Of a stretch of 64,000 bases of DNA, positions 27,664 to 37,122 are shown piece after piece; the stretch's first letter is position 1, and the number at the start of each line of letters is the position of its first letter. The notes below the pieces were generated by a model. That model ran no database searches. It had not been told where the DNA came from and saw nothing but the letters and a program-made list of their open reading frames with translations. Source of the DNA: Candidatus Woesearchaeota archaeon (lineage in GTDB: Archaea; Nanobdellota; Nanobdellia; Woesearchaeales; 0-14-0-80-44-23); NCBI GenBank assembly GCA_038874135.1, contig JAVZCZ010000001.1, forward strand, positions 288,968 through 352,967, in the 5' to 3' direction. Made by a program: the position numbers and the translations under genes.

Positions 27664-28291
27664 CTGAACCCACCTCCCCTTCTTCTTTCATTATTTCTAT
27701 TAATTCGTCAGGACTTCTTCCTATTTTTGAAAAGATCTCATTTTCTAAACTTTCAACACCTGCTCTGGTGCGGAGTATTGCTTCTCTCCTTTTAGGAGTG
27801 GTCCCGTACCTTTTCAGCAGGTAATCATACCTCTCAGGAAGTCCTACTATCGTTGAGTCGTTAAGACGCTTATCAGCATAAAAGACAAGCTTTTCTTCCC
27901 AAGTTTTAAGGCCTTCAGGGTCTTCATAAATGGTTTCAAGTCTGTGCTTTCGAACTATCTGTCCAACTTCCGGATAGCCCTTCTCTGTCAGTATCTTCTG
28001 AGAGAGGTAGCCGTGCTCGTGCCCATTTTCAAGTGTTAGAAACTTGTCCAGGTCGTGCAGCAGTGCGGCTGAGCGGAGCAGTTCCAGGTTTATTGTTTCT
28101 CCTTTTTTCATTAGCTTTTTGGCAAGCGCGGTTGATATTCTCATTACGAGCATGGAGTGCCTCTTCATGTTGCTGGTGAGTTTTGTCTCATCTAGCAGTT
28201 TGAGGCACTCTGCTATTGTTGGAATTTTCATTCCAAGTTCGCTTTCAGCTGGGATTTTTAAAGCTTTCCCAGCTTCATGTTTTGATGTCAT
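27656..28291 (-). CDS. HD-domain phosphohydrolase
   Basis: LLHDLDKF motif. Lies between dnaK and dnaJ with 8-nt overlap. Confidence 0.65.
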   Translation of the reverse strand: MTSKHEAGKALKIPAESELGMKIPTIAECLKLLDETKLTSNMKRHSMLVMRISTALAKKLMKKGETINLELLRSAALLHDLDKFLTLENGHEHGYLSQKILTEKGYPEVGQIVRKHRLETIYEDPEGLKTWEEKLVFYADKRLNDSTIVGLPERYDYLLKRYGTTPKRREAILRTRAGVESLENEIFSKIGRSPDELIEIMKEEGEVGSDV

Positions 28292-28304
28292 TAATGCTCC
28301 TCAT

Positions 28305-30167
28305 CTATTTTTTGTCTTCATCTACCTTATATTCTGCATCATAGACCCTGCTTCCTCCATTTTTCTTATTATCATCTTCAGCTCCCGAATTGGAAGAAGC
28401 AGAGGCGCCTGCCTTCTGGTAGAGTTCTGTTGAGGCTTCCTGAAGTAGTCTGTTAAGCTCGTCAAATAAGGATTTCACTCTTGACTCGTCAGCGTTTCTG
28501 TCTTTTATCAGCTCCTTGAGTTCTGAATTCTTTTCACTTATGCGCTTCAGCTTCTCATCTGATACTTTACCCTTCATCTCTTCAAGGAGCTTTTCAGTTG
28601 AGTAGACTGTTGCTTCCGCGTTATTGAATAATTCTGCCCTCTCCTTTCGTCTCTTATCTTCTTCTGCATGCAGTTCAGCCTCTCTCCTCATTCTTTCAAT
28701 GTCAGCTTCGCTGAGCTTGGTAGGAGCAGTTATTGTCATTGCCTGCTGCTTTCCCGTTCCTAGGTCTTTAGCTGAAACATGCAGTATCCCATTTGCATCT
28801 ATGTCAAAGGTAACTTCAATCTGTGGTACCCCGCGAGGTGCCGGCGGTATTCCGATAAGGTCAAAGGTTCCCAGCAGTTTATTGTCTTCAGCCATCGGCC
28901 TCTCTCCTTGGAAAACCCTTATTGAAACTGCCGGCTGGTTGTCTGTCGCAGTTGTGAATATCTGAGACTTTTTGGTTGGGATTGTTGTGTTCCTCTCAAT
29001 AAGCTTTGTAAAGATTCCTCCAAGTGTTTCTATACCTAAGCTAAGTGGAGTTACATCTAATAGTAGTATGTCTTTCACTTCTCCCGCCAGAACTGCGCCC
29101 TGGATTGCAGCTCCCATCGCTACGCACTCCATCGGGTCTACGCCCCTTTCAACCTTCTTGCCTACGATGTCCTCTACAAACCTCTGCACTATCGGCATTC
29201 TGGTTGGACCGCCAACTAATATTATCTTGTCAATGTCGTTCTTTGTAAGCTTTGCATCTGCTAATGCTTGCTCTATCGGCTTTCTGCACCTCTCAACTAT
29301 AGGCCTTACAAGCTCTTCCAGTTTTGCTCTTGTTATCTTCATCTGTAAGTGTTTGGGCCCCTCATTTGTGGCTGAGATGAAAGGCAGGTTTATCTCTGTT
29401 TCAAGCACACTTGAAAGCTCTATTTTTGCCTTTTCAGCTGCTTCCCTGATGCGCTGCATTGCCATCTGGTCTTTTGAGAGGTCTATGCCTTCCATCCTCT
29501 TGAACTCTTTAACTATGTAATCTATGAGGGCGTTGTCCATGTCCGTGCCGCCGAGCTGGGTGTCTCCAGATGTTGATTTTACTTCAAATACCCCCTGGCC
29601 GTACTCCATTATTGTTACATCTAAGGTTCCTCCTCCGAGGTCAAACACCATCACCTTGTGCTCCTTATCCGCCTTGTCCAAGCCGTATGCTAGGCAGGCT
29701 GCTGTGGGCTCATTAATTATGCGTACTACTTCCAGCCCAGCGATTGTTCCAGCGTCCTTTGTGGCTTGCCTCTGATTGTCGTCAAAGTATGCTGGAACTG
29801 TTATTACTGCCTTCTTTACCGGCTGGCCAAGGTATGCTTCTGCATCCTTCTTTATCTTTTGAAGTATGAATGCTGAGATCTGCTGCGGCGTGTAAGTCTT
29901 TCCCATTATTTCGTACTTGTAGTTAGTTCCCATCTTTCTCTTTACTGCCATTATTGTGTTTTTAGGGTTTGAGATCGCCTGTCTTCTCGCTGGCTCTCCA
30001 ACGAGTACAGTTCCGTCTGGTGTGAAGGCCACCACGCTGGGCACTGTTTTGCCGCTGACTGTGGCTCCTTCTGCGCTTGGAATTATGACTGGCTTGCCGC
30101 CTTCCATTACTGCGGCGCAGCTGTTGGAAGTTCCAAGGTCTATTCCTATGATTTTTTCTGTTGCCAT
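28305..30167 (-). CDS. dnaK: Chaperone DnaK (Hsp70)
   Basis: [22 protein letters not shown], full-length Hsp70. Confidence 0.95.
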   Translation of the reverse strand: MATEKIIGIDLGTSNSCAAVMEGGKPVIIPSAEGATVSGKTVPSVVAFTPDGTVLVGEPARRQAISNPKNTIMAVKRKMGTNYKYEIMGKTYTPQQISAFILQKIKKDAEAYLGQPVKKAVITVPAYFDDNQRQATKDAGTIAGLEVVRIINEPTAACLAYGLDKADKEHKVMVFDLGGGTLDVTIMEYGQGVFEVKSTSGDTQLGGTDMDNALIDYIVKEFKRMEGIDLSKDQMAMQRIREAAEKAKIELSSVLETEINLPFISATNEGPKHLQMKITRAKLEELVRPIVERCRKPIEQALADAKLTKNDIDKIILVGGPTRMPIVQRFVEDIVGKKVERGVDPMECVAMGAAIQGAVLAGEVKDILLLDVTPLSLGIETLGGIFTKLIERNTTIPTKKSQIFTTATDNQPAVSIRVFQGERPMAEDNKLLGTFDLIGIPPAPRGVPQIEVTFDIDANGILHVSAKDLGTGKQQAMTITAPTKLSEADIERMRREAELHAEEDKRRKERAELFNNAEATVYSTEKLLEEMKGKVSDEKLKRISEKNSELKELIKDRNADESRVKSLFDELNRLLQEASTELYQKAGASASSNSGAEDDNKKNGGSRVYDAEYKVDEDKK

Positions 30168-30180
30168 TTTGATTACCTCC

Positions 30181-30519
30181 TTAATCGTTTTTTATACTGT
30201 TCGGCGTGCTTCCTGAGAGGGCTATTCTCCTCAGCTCTTCAACCCTTTCCTCTTTTAGGATTGGGCGGCTGGTGCCCTCTAAGGGAAGTATCTTTACTAC
30301 CTCTAAGAGTTTTACCAGTCGGGCGAGCTTGAAGGTGTCATAAGGCTTTATGCTGCCGACTGCCTCGTAGAGGTTGTAATCGTAAGTGCTTATCTCAAAT
30401 TCTGAGCCTCTGCAGCTTATCATAGTGTCTATGTAGTCGTCTGTCCCGAGCAAGTATTTCAATATTGACTCGGGGCTCAGGAATATTTTTTGTTTTACAT
30501 GGTTGATTTCCATGTTCAT
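30181..30519 (-). CDS. Hypothetical protein in heat-shock operon
   Basis: ORF with 4-nt overlaps on both sides. No recognisable motif. Confidence 0.35.
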   Translation of the reverse strand: MNMEINHVKQKIFLSPESILKYLLGTDDYIDTMISCRGSEFEISTYDYNLYEAVGSIKPYDTFKLARLVKLLEVVKILPLEGTSRPILKEERVEELRRIALSGSTPNSIKND

Positions 30520-31085
30520 TTTGATTCCTCCTTTGCTTTGTAATTTTTTAAATCGTCTTTGGTCATTATCTCGTATGATAATATTTTAAATCTCAAATCT
30601 TTGTCAGGAATGATTTCCTCTATTGAAGCCCCAACTATCCTTTTTGGAGTGTGGAGCATGAGCTGGTTCCACTGGCGAAGGGCTTCAGGGTCTTCCTTGT
30701 CAAGCAGCATGTTAAATCTGAACCATTGCAGAGCCTCTCCATCCCTGTCTGAGCAGCTGGCTATCTTGCAGTAAAGCGGCTTGACCTCATGTACGAGGCA
30801 GCCTATGCGCTCGTCATAAAGGATGCAGGGCCCGAAGGGCTTGTTTCCCCCATGTTTTAACTTATAAACTGTCCTGTTCAGCTCCTGTCTTTCTTCAAGG
30901 TAGTGCCTCTTGAACTCTTCTGGCTCTACTGCCAGGTATTTGGCAACTAAATGGAGCTCCTCATCTAGGATGTATGCTGAGCCGTACTTGCAGCAATGGC
31001 CGCACCTTTCACATTTGGCTCCAAGGCTTATCATTACCTCCTGCGGGGTTGAGGTTGATATTATTGGTCTGACTTTTTGGCTCAT
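30516..31085 (-). CDS. YkgJ/UPF0153-like putative Fe-S or zinc-chelating protein (CxxCxxCC)
   Basis: KCERCGHCCKYGSAYI motif. Confidence 0.5.
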   Translation of the reverse strand: MSQKVRPIISTSTPQEVMISLGAKCERCGHCCKYGSAYILDEELHLVAKYLAVEPEEFKRHYLEERQELNRTVYKLKHGGNKPFGPCILYDERIGCLVHEVKPLYCKIASCSDRDGEALQWFRFNMLLDKEDPEALRQWNQLMLHTPKRIVGASIEEIIPDKDLRFKILSYEIMTKDDLKNYKAKEESK

Positions 31086-31600
31086 TCTTCCATCTTTTTT
31101 ATCTTAACCTTGCTCGTTCTGAGCACTGCACCCTTTAGGAGGTAGCCCTTCTGGAGCTCTTCAACAACTTTGTTGTCCTCCTCTTTGTTCTGGGTGCGCT
31201 CTACGATTAGGACTTCTTGAGTGTAAGGGTCAAACTTCTTGTTTAGGCAGTCTACTCTTTGAAGGCCCTCTTCTTCCAGCACCGAGTAGAGCTGTGCGTA
31301 TATTAGCTCTACGCCTTTTAGGAGCTTTTCCCTGTCGCTTCCATTTTTGATTGCAAGCTCCATGCTGTCCAGCACTGGAAGCAGCTTCTTGATTAAAGCG
31401 CTGTTGCTCATTGCTTGCAGCTCTGCATTGCGCTTCTCAACCATCTTTCTATAATTTTCAAATTCGGCCTGAATTCGCTTGGCAGTCTCTGTTAGTTCCT
31501 GTATTCTGGCTTCTTTCTCTTGAAGCTGCGTTTTTAGGGAGTTAAAGTCTTCCTGCTGTTGTGTCTGTTCAATATGCTCTTTCTCTTCTTTCTTGTTCAT
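31082..31600 (-). CDS. grpE: Nucleotide exchange factor GrpE
   Basis: Coiled-coil N-term, LLPVLDSMELAI..., C-terminal beta domain. Confidence 0.8.
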   Translation of the reverse strand: MNKKEEKEHIEQTQQQEDFNSLKTQLQEKEARIQELTETAKRIQAEFENYRKMVEKRNAELQAMSNSALIKKLLPVLDSMELAIKNGSDREKLLKGVELIYAQLYSVLEEEGLQRVDCLNKKFDPYTQEVLIVERTQNKEEDNKVVEELQKGYLLKGAVLRTSKVKIKKMEE

Positions 31601-31648
31601 GCTTTCCCTCCAAAAAAATCTTAAATTAAAAAATTAAAAATAGTTGAA

Positions 31649-32125
31649 TTACTTGATGGCAATTTTCTTCTTTTCTGAAAGTTCTGGGTGCGCTTTCGGA
31701 ATCTCTACTTCCAGGACGCCGTTCTCAAACTTCGCGTCTGCCTTGTCAGGAATTACCTCTTTAGGCAGAGGTATGTGTCTGTAGAAGCTCTGGCTCCTGG
31801 ACTCGTAAAGATAAGTGCCCTTTCGCTCTTCTTTCTTTTCCACCTTCTTCTCAACTTTTACTTCAATGTCCTTTGGGCCTACATTAAGTTGGATGTCTTC
31901 CTTTTTTACTCCAGGAAGCTCAAACCTTACATTAACTGACTTGTCTGTTTCAGTAATGTCTGTAGTAGGCCTTCTGAAGAAGGTGGCTAGCTCATTTCCG
32001 TTGCTCTTTCCAGCAGGCAGAGCTTTGGGACCTTCTAGCTGGTAGAGCCTGTTGAAGAGTCTGTCAAACTCCTTTTGCATTTGATAAATCTCTTCAAAGA
32101 GGTCGTCAAAATACATAGGCACCAC
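31649..32125 (-). CDS. Small heat shock protein (Hsp20/alpha-crystallin)
   Basis: Alpha-crystallin domain VNVRFELPGVKKEDIQLNV...FYRHIPLP...ENGVLEVEIPK. Confidence 0.8.
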   Translation of the reverse strand: MVPMYFDDLFEEIYQMQKEFDRLFNRLYQLEGPKALPAGKSNGNELATFFRRPTTDITETDKSVNVRFELPGVKKEDIQLNVGPKDIEVKVEKKVEKKEERKGTYLYESRSQSFYRHIPLPKEVIPDKADAKFENGVLEVEIPKAHPELSEKKKIAIK

Positions 32126-32370
32126 CTCCTATTTGTTTATTTAAAATCAACAAAAATATATTTAAATGAACTAATATATAAATATTTTTATTCTTAAAAA
32201 TAATTTTTTTAATATATATTTAATAAATCAATAGTTTTGTATGTTCTGTTAAATTTAAAAAATATTTAAATTAAAAATCCGAAAATTCAAAAAAATTTAG
32301 TTTAACCAACAGGCTTAAGAGTACATGAACAGAACATTTTATAAATTACCAGAAATTCCAGATTGGCAGA
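32126..32370. promoter_or_regulatory. AT-rich divergent promoter region (hsp20 operon leftward, cysS rightward) with several TATA-like boxes
   Basis: 245-nt extremely AT-rich spacer. ttttataaatt at 32337-32347 lies about 29 nt upstream of the cysS ATG, consistent with a leaderless archaeal transcript. Confidence 0.3.
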
Positions 32371-33771
32371 ATGCTGCGATTTTACAACGACCTGACAAAA
32401 AGAAAAGAAGAATTTGTTCCAATACATCCGGGACAGGTAGGAATATATTCCTGCGGGCCTACTGTTTATAATTACGCCCACATTGGAAACCTTAGAAGCT
32501 TCGTCTTTGTAGATCTTCTAAAAAGGTTTCTAAAGTATGAAGGCTACTCTGTTAAGCATGTGATGAACATAACTGATGTGGATGATAAGACCATAAAGGG
32601 CTCTCAGCAGGAGGGTGTGCCCCTCAGAGAGTTCACTCTTAAGTATGAGAAGGCATTCCTTGAAGACTTAAAAGCGTTAAACATTCAAATTCCAGATGTG
32701 ATGCCGAGAGCCACTGAACACATAAAAGAGATGACTGAACTTATAAGAAAGCTCTATAAGAACGGCTACGCTTACAGGGCAGAGGATGGCTCAACATATT
32801 ACTCAATTGCAAAGTTCAAAGATTATGGAAAGCTTTCAGGAATAAAAAAGGAAGAGCTAAAAATAGGCGCCAGGGTTAGGAGTGATGAGTACGCTAAGGA
32901 GCAGGCAGAAGACTTCGCACTCTGGAAGGCATGGACTCCTGAAGACGGAAGCGTATTCTGGGAAACAGAATATGGCAGGGGAAGGCCTGGCTGGCATATT
33001 GAGTGCTCTGCAATGTCTTCAAAGTACCTTGGAGAAACATTTGACATACACACTGGCGGCATAGACCTGATATTTCCGCATCATGAGAACGAGATTGCCC
33101 AGTCAGAAGGTGCAAATGGAAAGAAGTTTGTTAACTATTGGCTGCACTGCGAGCACCTGATAGTTGATGGGAGAAAGATGTCAAAGTCTCTGGGCAATGT
33201 GTACACTTTAAGAGACATAACTGCCATGGGCTACAGCCCGATTGCCTTGAGATATTTGCTATTATCCACACACTATAGAAGTCAGCTGAACTTCACCTTT
33301 GATGGGCTAAAAGCAGCCTCAGAAGCTGTTGAACGCCTTAACAACCTGCTTTGGAATCTAAAACAAGTGCCCATAAATAGGGCTGGCTCTGAGTATGGCT
33401 CAATCTCAGAACTTCTTAAGAATGCCGAAACGAGTTTCAGAAACGCATTAGAAGACGATCTCAACATCTCAGAAGCGTTGGATGATATATTCAATCTCGT
33501 AAGAGAATTAAATAAGAGGATTGGAAGCATCTCAAAAAATGAGGCAGAAGAAGCAATCCAACTCTTTAAGAGAATAGACTCAGTGCTGGGTGTTATGACC
33601 TGGAACTGGGAAGAAACACTTCCCGAAGAGATTCAAAAATTGATAGTAGAGAGAGAAGACGCCAGAAGAAAAAGGGATTACAAAAAAGCTGATGAGATAA
33701 GAGCTGAAATTGAAAAGAGGGGAATAATACTCATAGACACGAAAGATGGCGTCAAATGGAAGAGAAAGTGA
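32371..33771 (+). CDS. cysS: Cysteinyl-tRNA synthetase
   Basis: [13 protein letters not shown] (HIGH), KMSKSLGN, zinc-binding Cys/His. Confidence 0.9.
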   Translation: MLRFYNDLTKRKEEFVPIHPGQVGIYSCGPTVYNYAHIGNLRSFVFVDLLKRFLKYEGYSVKHVMNITDVDDKTIKGSQQEGVPLREFTLKYEKAFLEDLKALNIQIPDVMPRATEHIKEMTELIRKLYKNGYAYRAEDGSTYYSIAKFKDYGKLSGIKKEELKIGARVRSDEYAKEQAEDFALWKAWTPEDGSVFWETEYGRGRPGWHIECSAMSSKYLGETFDIHTGGIDLIFPHHENEIAQSEGANGKKFVNYWLHCEHLIVDGRKMSKSLGNVYTLRDITAMGYSPIALRYLLLSTHYRSQLNFTFDGLKAASEAVERLNNLLWNLKQVPINRAGSEYGSISELLKNAETSFRNALEDDLNISEALDDIFNLVRELNKRIGSISKNEAEEAIQLFKRIDSVLGVMTWNWEETLPEEIQKLIVEREDARRKRDYKKADEIRAEIEKRGIILIDTKDGVKWKRK

Positions 33772-33781
33772 ACTAGTTTAA

Positions 33782-34264
33782 CTACTTCCAATTCTTATGA
33801 TAATGATGCTGCTGCATCTCATTATTATTTTGCTGCTGAACTAACTTTGGTTGGGCGTGCGGAAGCTTGGGAACAAGTAGGGCAAAAGCAGTCAGAAATA
33901 CGCTTATCAAATACCAACCTAGAGCAATGCTCATTCCTATTGCTGTTGAGTACCAGATGCTTGCAGCAGTTGTAAGATTTGTGACGCGGCCGCCCTTGGA
34001 TTTCATTATCATACCTGCACCCAGGAAGCCTACTCCTACTATGATGTTTGAAGCAATCCTCATAGTATTGTTAGGCTCAACAAGTATTGAAATGTAAGTA
34101 AAAGTCATAGCGGCAACTATAACTAATGACTGAGTAGCAACTCCAGCGTCCTTGCCGCGTGACTCTCGCTCTCTGCCTATTAGAAATCCTGCAACTCCTG
34201 AAATCAGAAGGTTCAAGAGAAAAACCAGTTCTCTACTGCCAAAAGGCACTGACACCATTTTCAA
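33782..34264 (-). CDS. MgtC/SapB-family membrane protein
   Basis: GFLIGRERESRGKDAGVATQSLVIVAAM matches the MgtC N-terminal domain. Confidence 0.6.
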   Translation of the reverse strand: MKMVSVPFGSRELVFLLNLLISGVAGFLIGRERESRGKDAGVATQSLVIVAAMTFTYISILVEPNNTMRIASNIIVGVGFLGAGMIMKSKGGRVTNLTTAASIWYSTAIGMSIALGWYLISVFLTAFALLVPKLPHAQPKLVQQQNNNEMQQHHYHKNWK

Positions 34265-34893
34265 ATCTTCCTCTTAGCCTTTAAGATTAGGATTGATGCA
34301 GCAAGCACCAACGCAAGCACAATTATTATTACTAAGGCTGGCCAAAGCTTACTCTTTTTATTCGTTGTTGCATCTTTGTTCATCTTTGACTCTGCACTGG
34401 AATTCTCAACAGAAACTTTCACTTCTTGGCTAACATTTTTTTCAGGCGCTGGCGGTTTGGCTTCCTGTTGAGAAGGCTGTTCCTGCTGAGTGGTTGTCTC
34501 ATTAATCTTGATTGAGATTGGTGTAGCATAAACAGTTGCGCCCGTAGTGTAAACTGTTTTTACGAAGATGTCCAGGTCAAGTATTCCGTCAGAGTTGCTG
34601 TCAAAGTAGTGAGATGTGCCTTCTGATATGGCTACTAACTCTTTGTTCGGAGTTAAGAAGACCACTTCCTTCCCGGAAAAGTGGTCCAGAACATAAAGAT
34701 AACCTGCATCAGTTGGCTTAAATTGAAATTTTATTATGTCTCCCTTAGCCAGTGTTATTGTGGTATTTAGAAATATTATCTCATTCTGCCCATCCACAAC
34801 TCGGCCGCTGTAAGCCTTCCTTAAAAGGTATGTGTTGGCGCTTACAAAGGGTATGAGCAGTAAAAAAAACAGCAAAAAGTATACTCTTCTCAT
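34261..34893 (-). CDS. Secreted protein with C-terminal TM anchor
   Basis: Signal peptide, Thr/Pro-rich linker, C-terminal hydrophobic helix followed by KAKRKI. Confidence 0.35.
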   Translation of the reverse strand: MRRVYFLLFFLLLIPFVSANTYLLRKAYSGRVVDGQNEIIFLNTTITLAKGDIIKFQFKPTDAGYLYVLDHFSGKEVVFLTPNKELVAISEGTSHYFDSNSDGILDLDIFVKTVYTTGATVYATPISIKINETTTQQEQPSQQEAKPPAPEKNVSQEVKVSVENSSAESKMNKDATTNKKSKLWPALVIIIVLALVLAASILILKAKRKI

Positions 34894-34927
34894 TTAAACA
34901 CCTCAAAAAAAGTTTAATACCTAAAAA

Positions 34928-36217
34928 TTAATAAAATTTTCTATTTGGATCTGCTCTGCTTTTTCTTTGAAGCTCTCTTTCTGTAATCCTGTTTTCAAAT
35001 CCTTCCCGCTGCTGAGTTTTTCCAGTAAACTTTCGCTTATTAAAAGATTTGTCAAATGGTTCACGCTTTCTCATGTTGTCTCTTATAAATGGAAGCCGTT
35101 TCACAGTAGGGGTGTGCTGCTCTTCAATCTTTAATTCCCTATCTGAGAGTACGTTATTAAAATTTTCATAGTCCCTCTCAGAAAGCAGAGTTATTGCCTC
35201 GCCACTCTTTCCAGCTCTAGCTGTCCTTCCGATGCGGTGCACATACTCTTCAGATGTTTTTGGTACATCATAATTGTATACATGCTTTACTGCTGGAATG
35301 TCCAAGCCCCTTGCTGCAACGTCTGTAGCTATTAAGGCTTGTATTCTGCCCTCTTTTAAAGAGGTCAAGGCTCTTATCCTCTGTGCTTGGGAGAGCCCGC
35401 CGTGTATTGCCTCTGCCCTTACGCCCTGCCGTCTAAGGTTTCGTGAAAGTATATCAACCTCGTTTCTCGTAGCGCAGAATATCAGGCTTAGTCCGTCATT
35501 TTTAATCTTTAGCAGGTGTATCAAAAGTGAAAACTTCTCTCTAGGACTCACCTGGTAGTATGTCTGTTTTAGCTTGTCTTTTGATACGTAGGATTCAGTT
35601 ATTATCTTAACCGGATTTCTTGAGTACGACTCAGCCAGCTTGTCTACCTCTTCGGAGAGGGTGGCGCTGAACAGCAGGGTTTGCCTATGCTTAGGAACAC
35701 GGCTGATTATTCTCTCAACCTGCTCCATGAAGCCCATCTCAGCCATCTTATCAACCTCATCAACTATCAGAACTTTGATTCTTGAAAAGTTTAGGGTTTT
35801 TCTATCACCGTGGTCTATAATCCTTCCAGGAGTGCCCACGACTATTTCACATCTTCTCAGCTCTTCTGCCTGAGGGTTTATGGAAACTCCTCCATAGATG
35901 CTAGCAGTTCTCAGCCCTAAAGCCATTCCGAAGTGTCTAAAAACTTCCGAAACTTGTATGCAGAGCTCCCTGGTTGGAGTTAAAACGAGGACTTGTATTC
36001 CCTCTCCCCTTTTCACCTTTTCTAAGGATGGTATTGCAAATGCTGCTGTCTTTCCAGAACCAGTTTCCGACTGGGCAACTAGGTCAATTCCCTCTTTTAT
36101 TATAGGGATGCACTTCTGCTGGATTGCTGTTGGCTCAGTGTATCCAGCATTCTTCACCTGCTGTAATATGAGCGGATGTAGGTTTAGTTCTTCAAATTTC
36201 ATAAGGTTCACTTCCAA
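34928..36217 (-). CDS. DEAD-box ATP-dependent RNA helicase
   Basis: Q motif, SETGSGKT, DEVD, SAT, HRIGRTAR. Confidence 0.85.
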   Translation of the reverse strand: MEVNLMKFEELNLHPLILQQVKNAGYTEPTAIQQKCIPIIKEGIDLVAQSETGSGKTAAFAIPSLEKVKRGEGIQVLVLTPTRELCIQVSEVFRHFGMALGLRTASIYGGVSINPQAEELRRCEIVVGTPGRIIDHGDRKTLNFSRIKVLIVDEVDKMAEMGFMEQVERIISRVPKHRQTLLFSATLSEEVDKLAESYSRNPVKIITESYVSKDKLKQTYYQVSPREKFSLLIHLLKIKNDGLSLIFCATRNEVDILSRNLRRQGVRAEAIHGGLSQAQRIRALTSLKEGRIQALIATDVAARGLDIPAVKHVYNYDVPKTSEEYVHRIGRTARAGKSGEAITLLSERDYENFNNVLSDRELKIEEQHTPTVKRLPFIRDNMRKREPFDKSFNKRKFTGKTQQREGFENRITERELQRKSRADPNRKFY

Positions 36218-36342
36218 TAATTAAATTTTGGACAGAGGAGATGCCCTGCGCATTCCAACTGTAAATTCCCCCACAGGACACGCCTAATGTGAGAATTCGC
36301 TTTCCGTCCTAAATGCAAGGAAACCTAAAAGAGTATTTAAAT

Positions 36343-37122
36343 CTACTGCTTATCTAAGAATTCTTTAAGCTTATCATAAAAGACATCCCGCTCAAAATCC
36401 AGATAGGGTAGATGTCCTGAGTTGTTAAGGGTGAATATTTCGCTGTTAGGCGCAACTGAAGCAAGCATCTTAACTCCAGAATAAGGTGCTCTTATGTCAT
36501 TTTTTGAATGGAAGATAAGCATAGGAACTGTCGTATTAAGTCTTACAGTGTCCCTATACCTTTTTTGGTCTCTCAGAAAGTTTGTTGGGTATTTATGAAA
36601 TCTGGGAACTCTGGAGAGCTGACTCTTATCCTTCAGCAGTCCGATGTCAAATCTTGGAAGATAAGGGAGAATTAGCCAGGTTATCAGCTCATATTTAGCG
36701 TTCAGGGGAGGATTAATTAAAACCAAAGGAAGCTTCAGCTCGTCAGCAAGTTTTAGGGCGATTAAAGAGCTTGAGCACTCTGCTACAATTATTGTCTTCT
36801 CAGAAGAGCTATTAATTATTGTGCGGACCTGTTCTTCTAATTCCTGTATGCTTGTCCTTCTAAGTTGCGAAAGTGTTTCCCCGTGATTTTTGAAGAGGGG
36901 CACCACTACTGAGTAGCCGTCGTTGTTAAGTTTTTTAGCGAGCTCTTCAAAGGGCAGAGGAGTGCCGGTCATTCCGGGAAGTATTATCACTCTTTTAGAA
37001 TTGTTTCCCTTAAGAACTATGTCTGAATAGTTTCCCTTAAGATGTTCATCTGAGAAGAGGAATATAACTAAAATGATAAGGCATAATAAGCATGCTGAAA
37101 TTAAGAGTGTTCCCATCTTCAT
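36343..37122 (-). CDS. Putative alpha/beta-hydrolase fold protein, N-terminally anchored
   Basis: Single TM, then VIILPGMTGTP...GYSVVVP pattern. No canonical GxSxG seen. Confidence 0.4.
   Translation of the reverse strand: MKMGTLLISACLLCLIILVIFLFSDEHLKGNYSDIVLKGNNSKRVIILPGMTGTPLPFEELAKKLNNDGYSVVVPLFKNHGETLSQLRRTSIQELEEQVRTIINSSSEKTIIVAECSSSLIALKLADELKLPLVLINPPLNAKYELITWLILPYLPRFDIGLLKDKSQLSRVPRFHKYPTNFLRDQKRYRDTVRLNTTVPMLIFHSKNDIRAPYSGVKMLASVAPNSEIFTLNNSGHLPYLDFERDVFYDKLKEFLDKQ

Noticed and set aside
28044-30216. Multiple plus-strand ORFs overlapping dnaK and the HD gene (e.g. 28972..29520)
   Set aside because: These are antisense to unmistakable DnaK coding sequence. Ser/Pro/Ala-rich shadow ORFs are typical of the higher-GC antisense frame.
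36218-36342. Possible small ncRNA in the 125-nt spacer upstream of the DEAD-box helicase
   Set aside because: Only a short imperfect inverted repeat (GGACGG...CGTGTCC) is present. More likely a 5' UTR or promoter region. No recognisable ncRNA family features.
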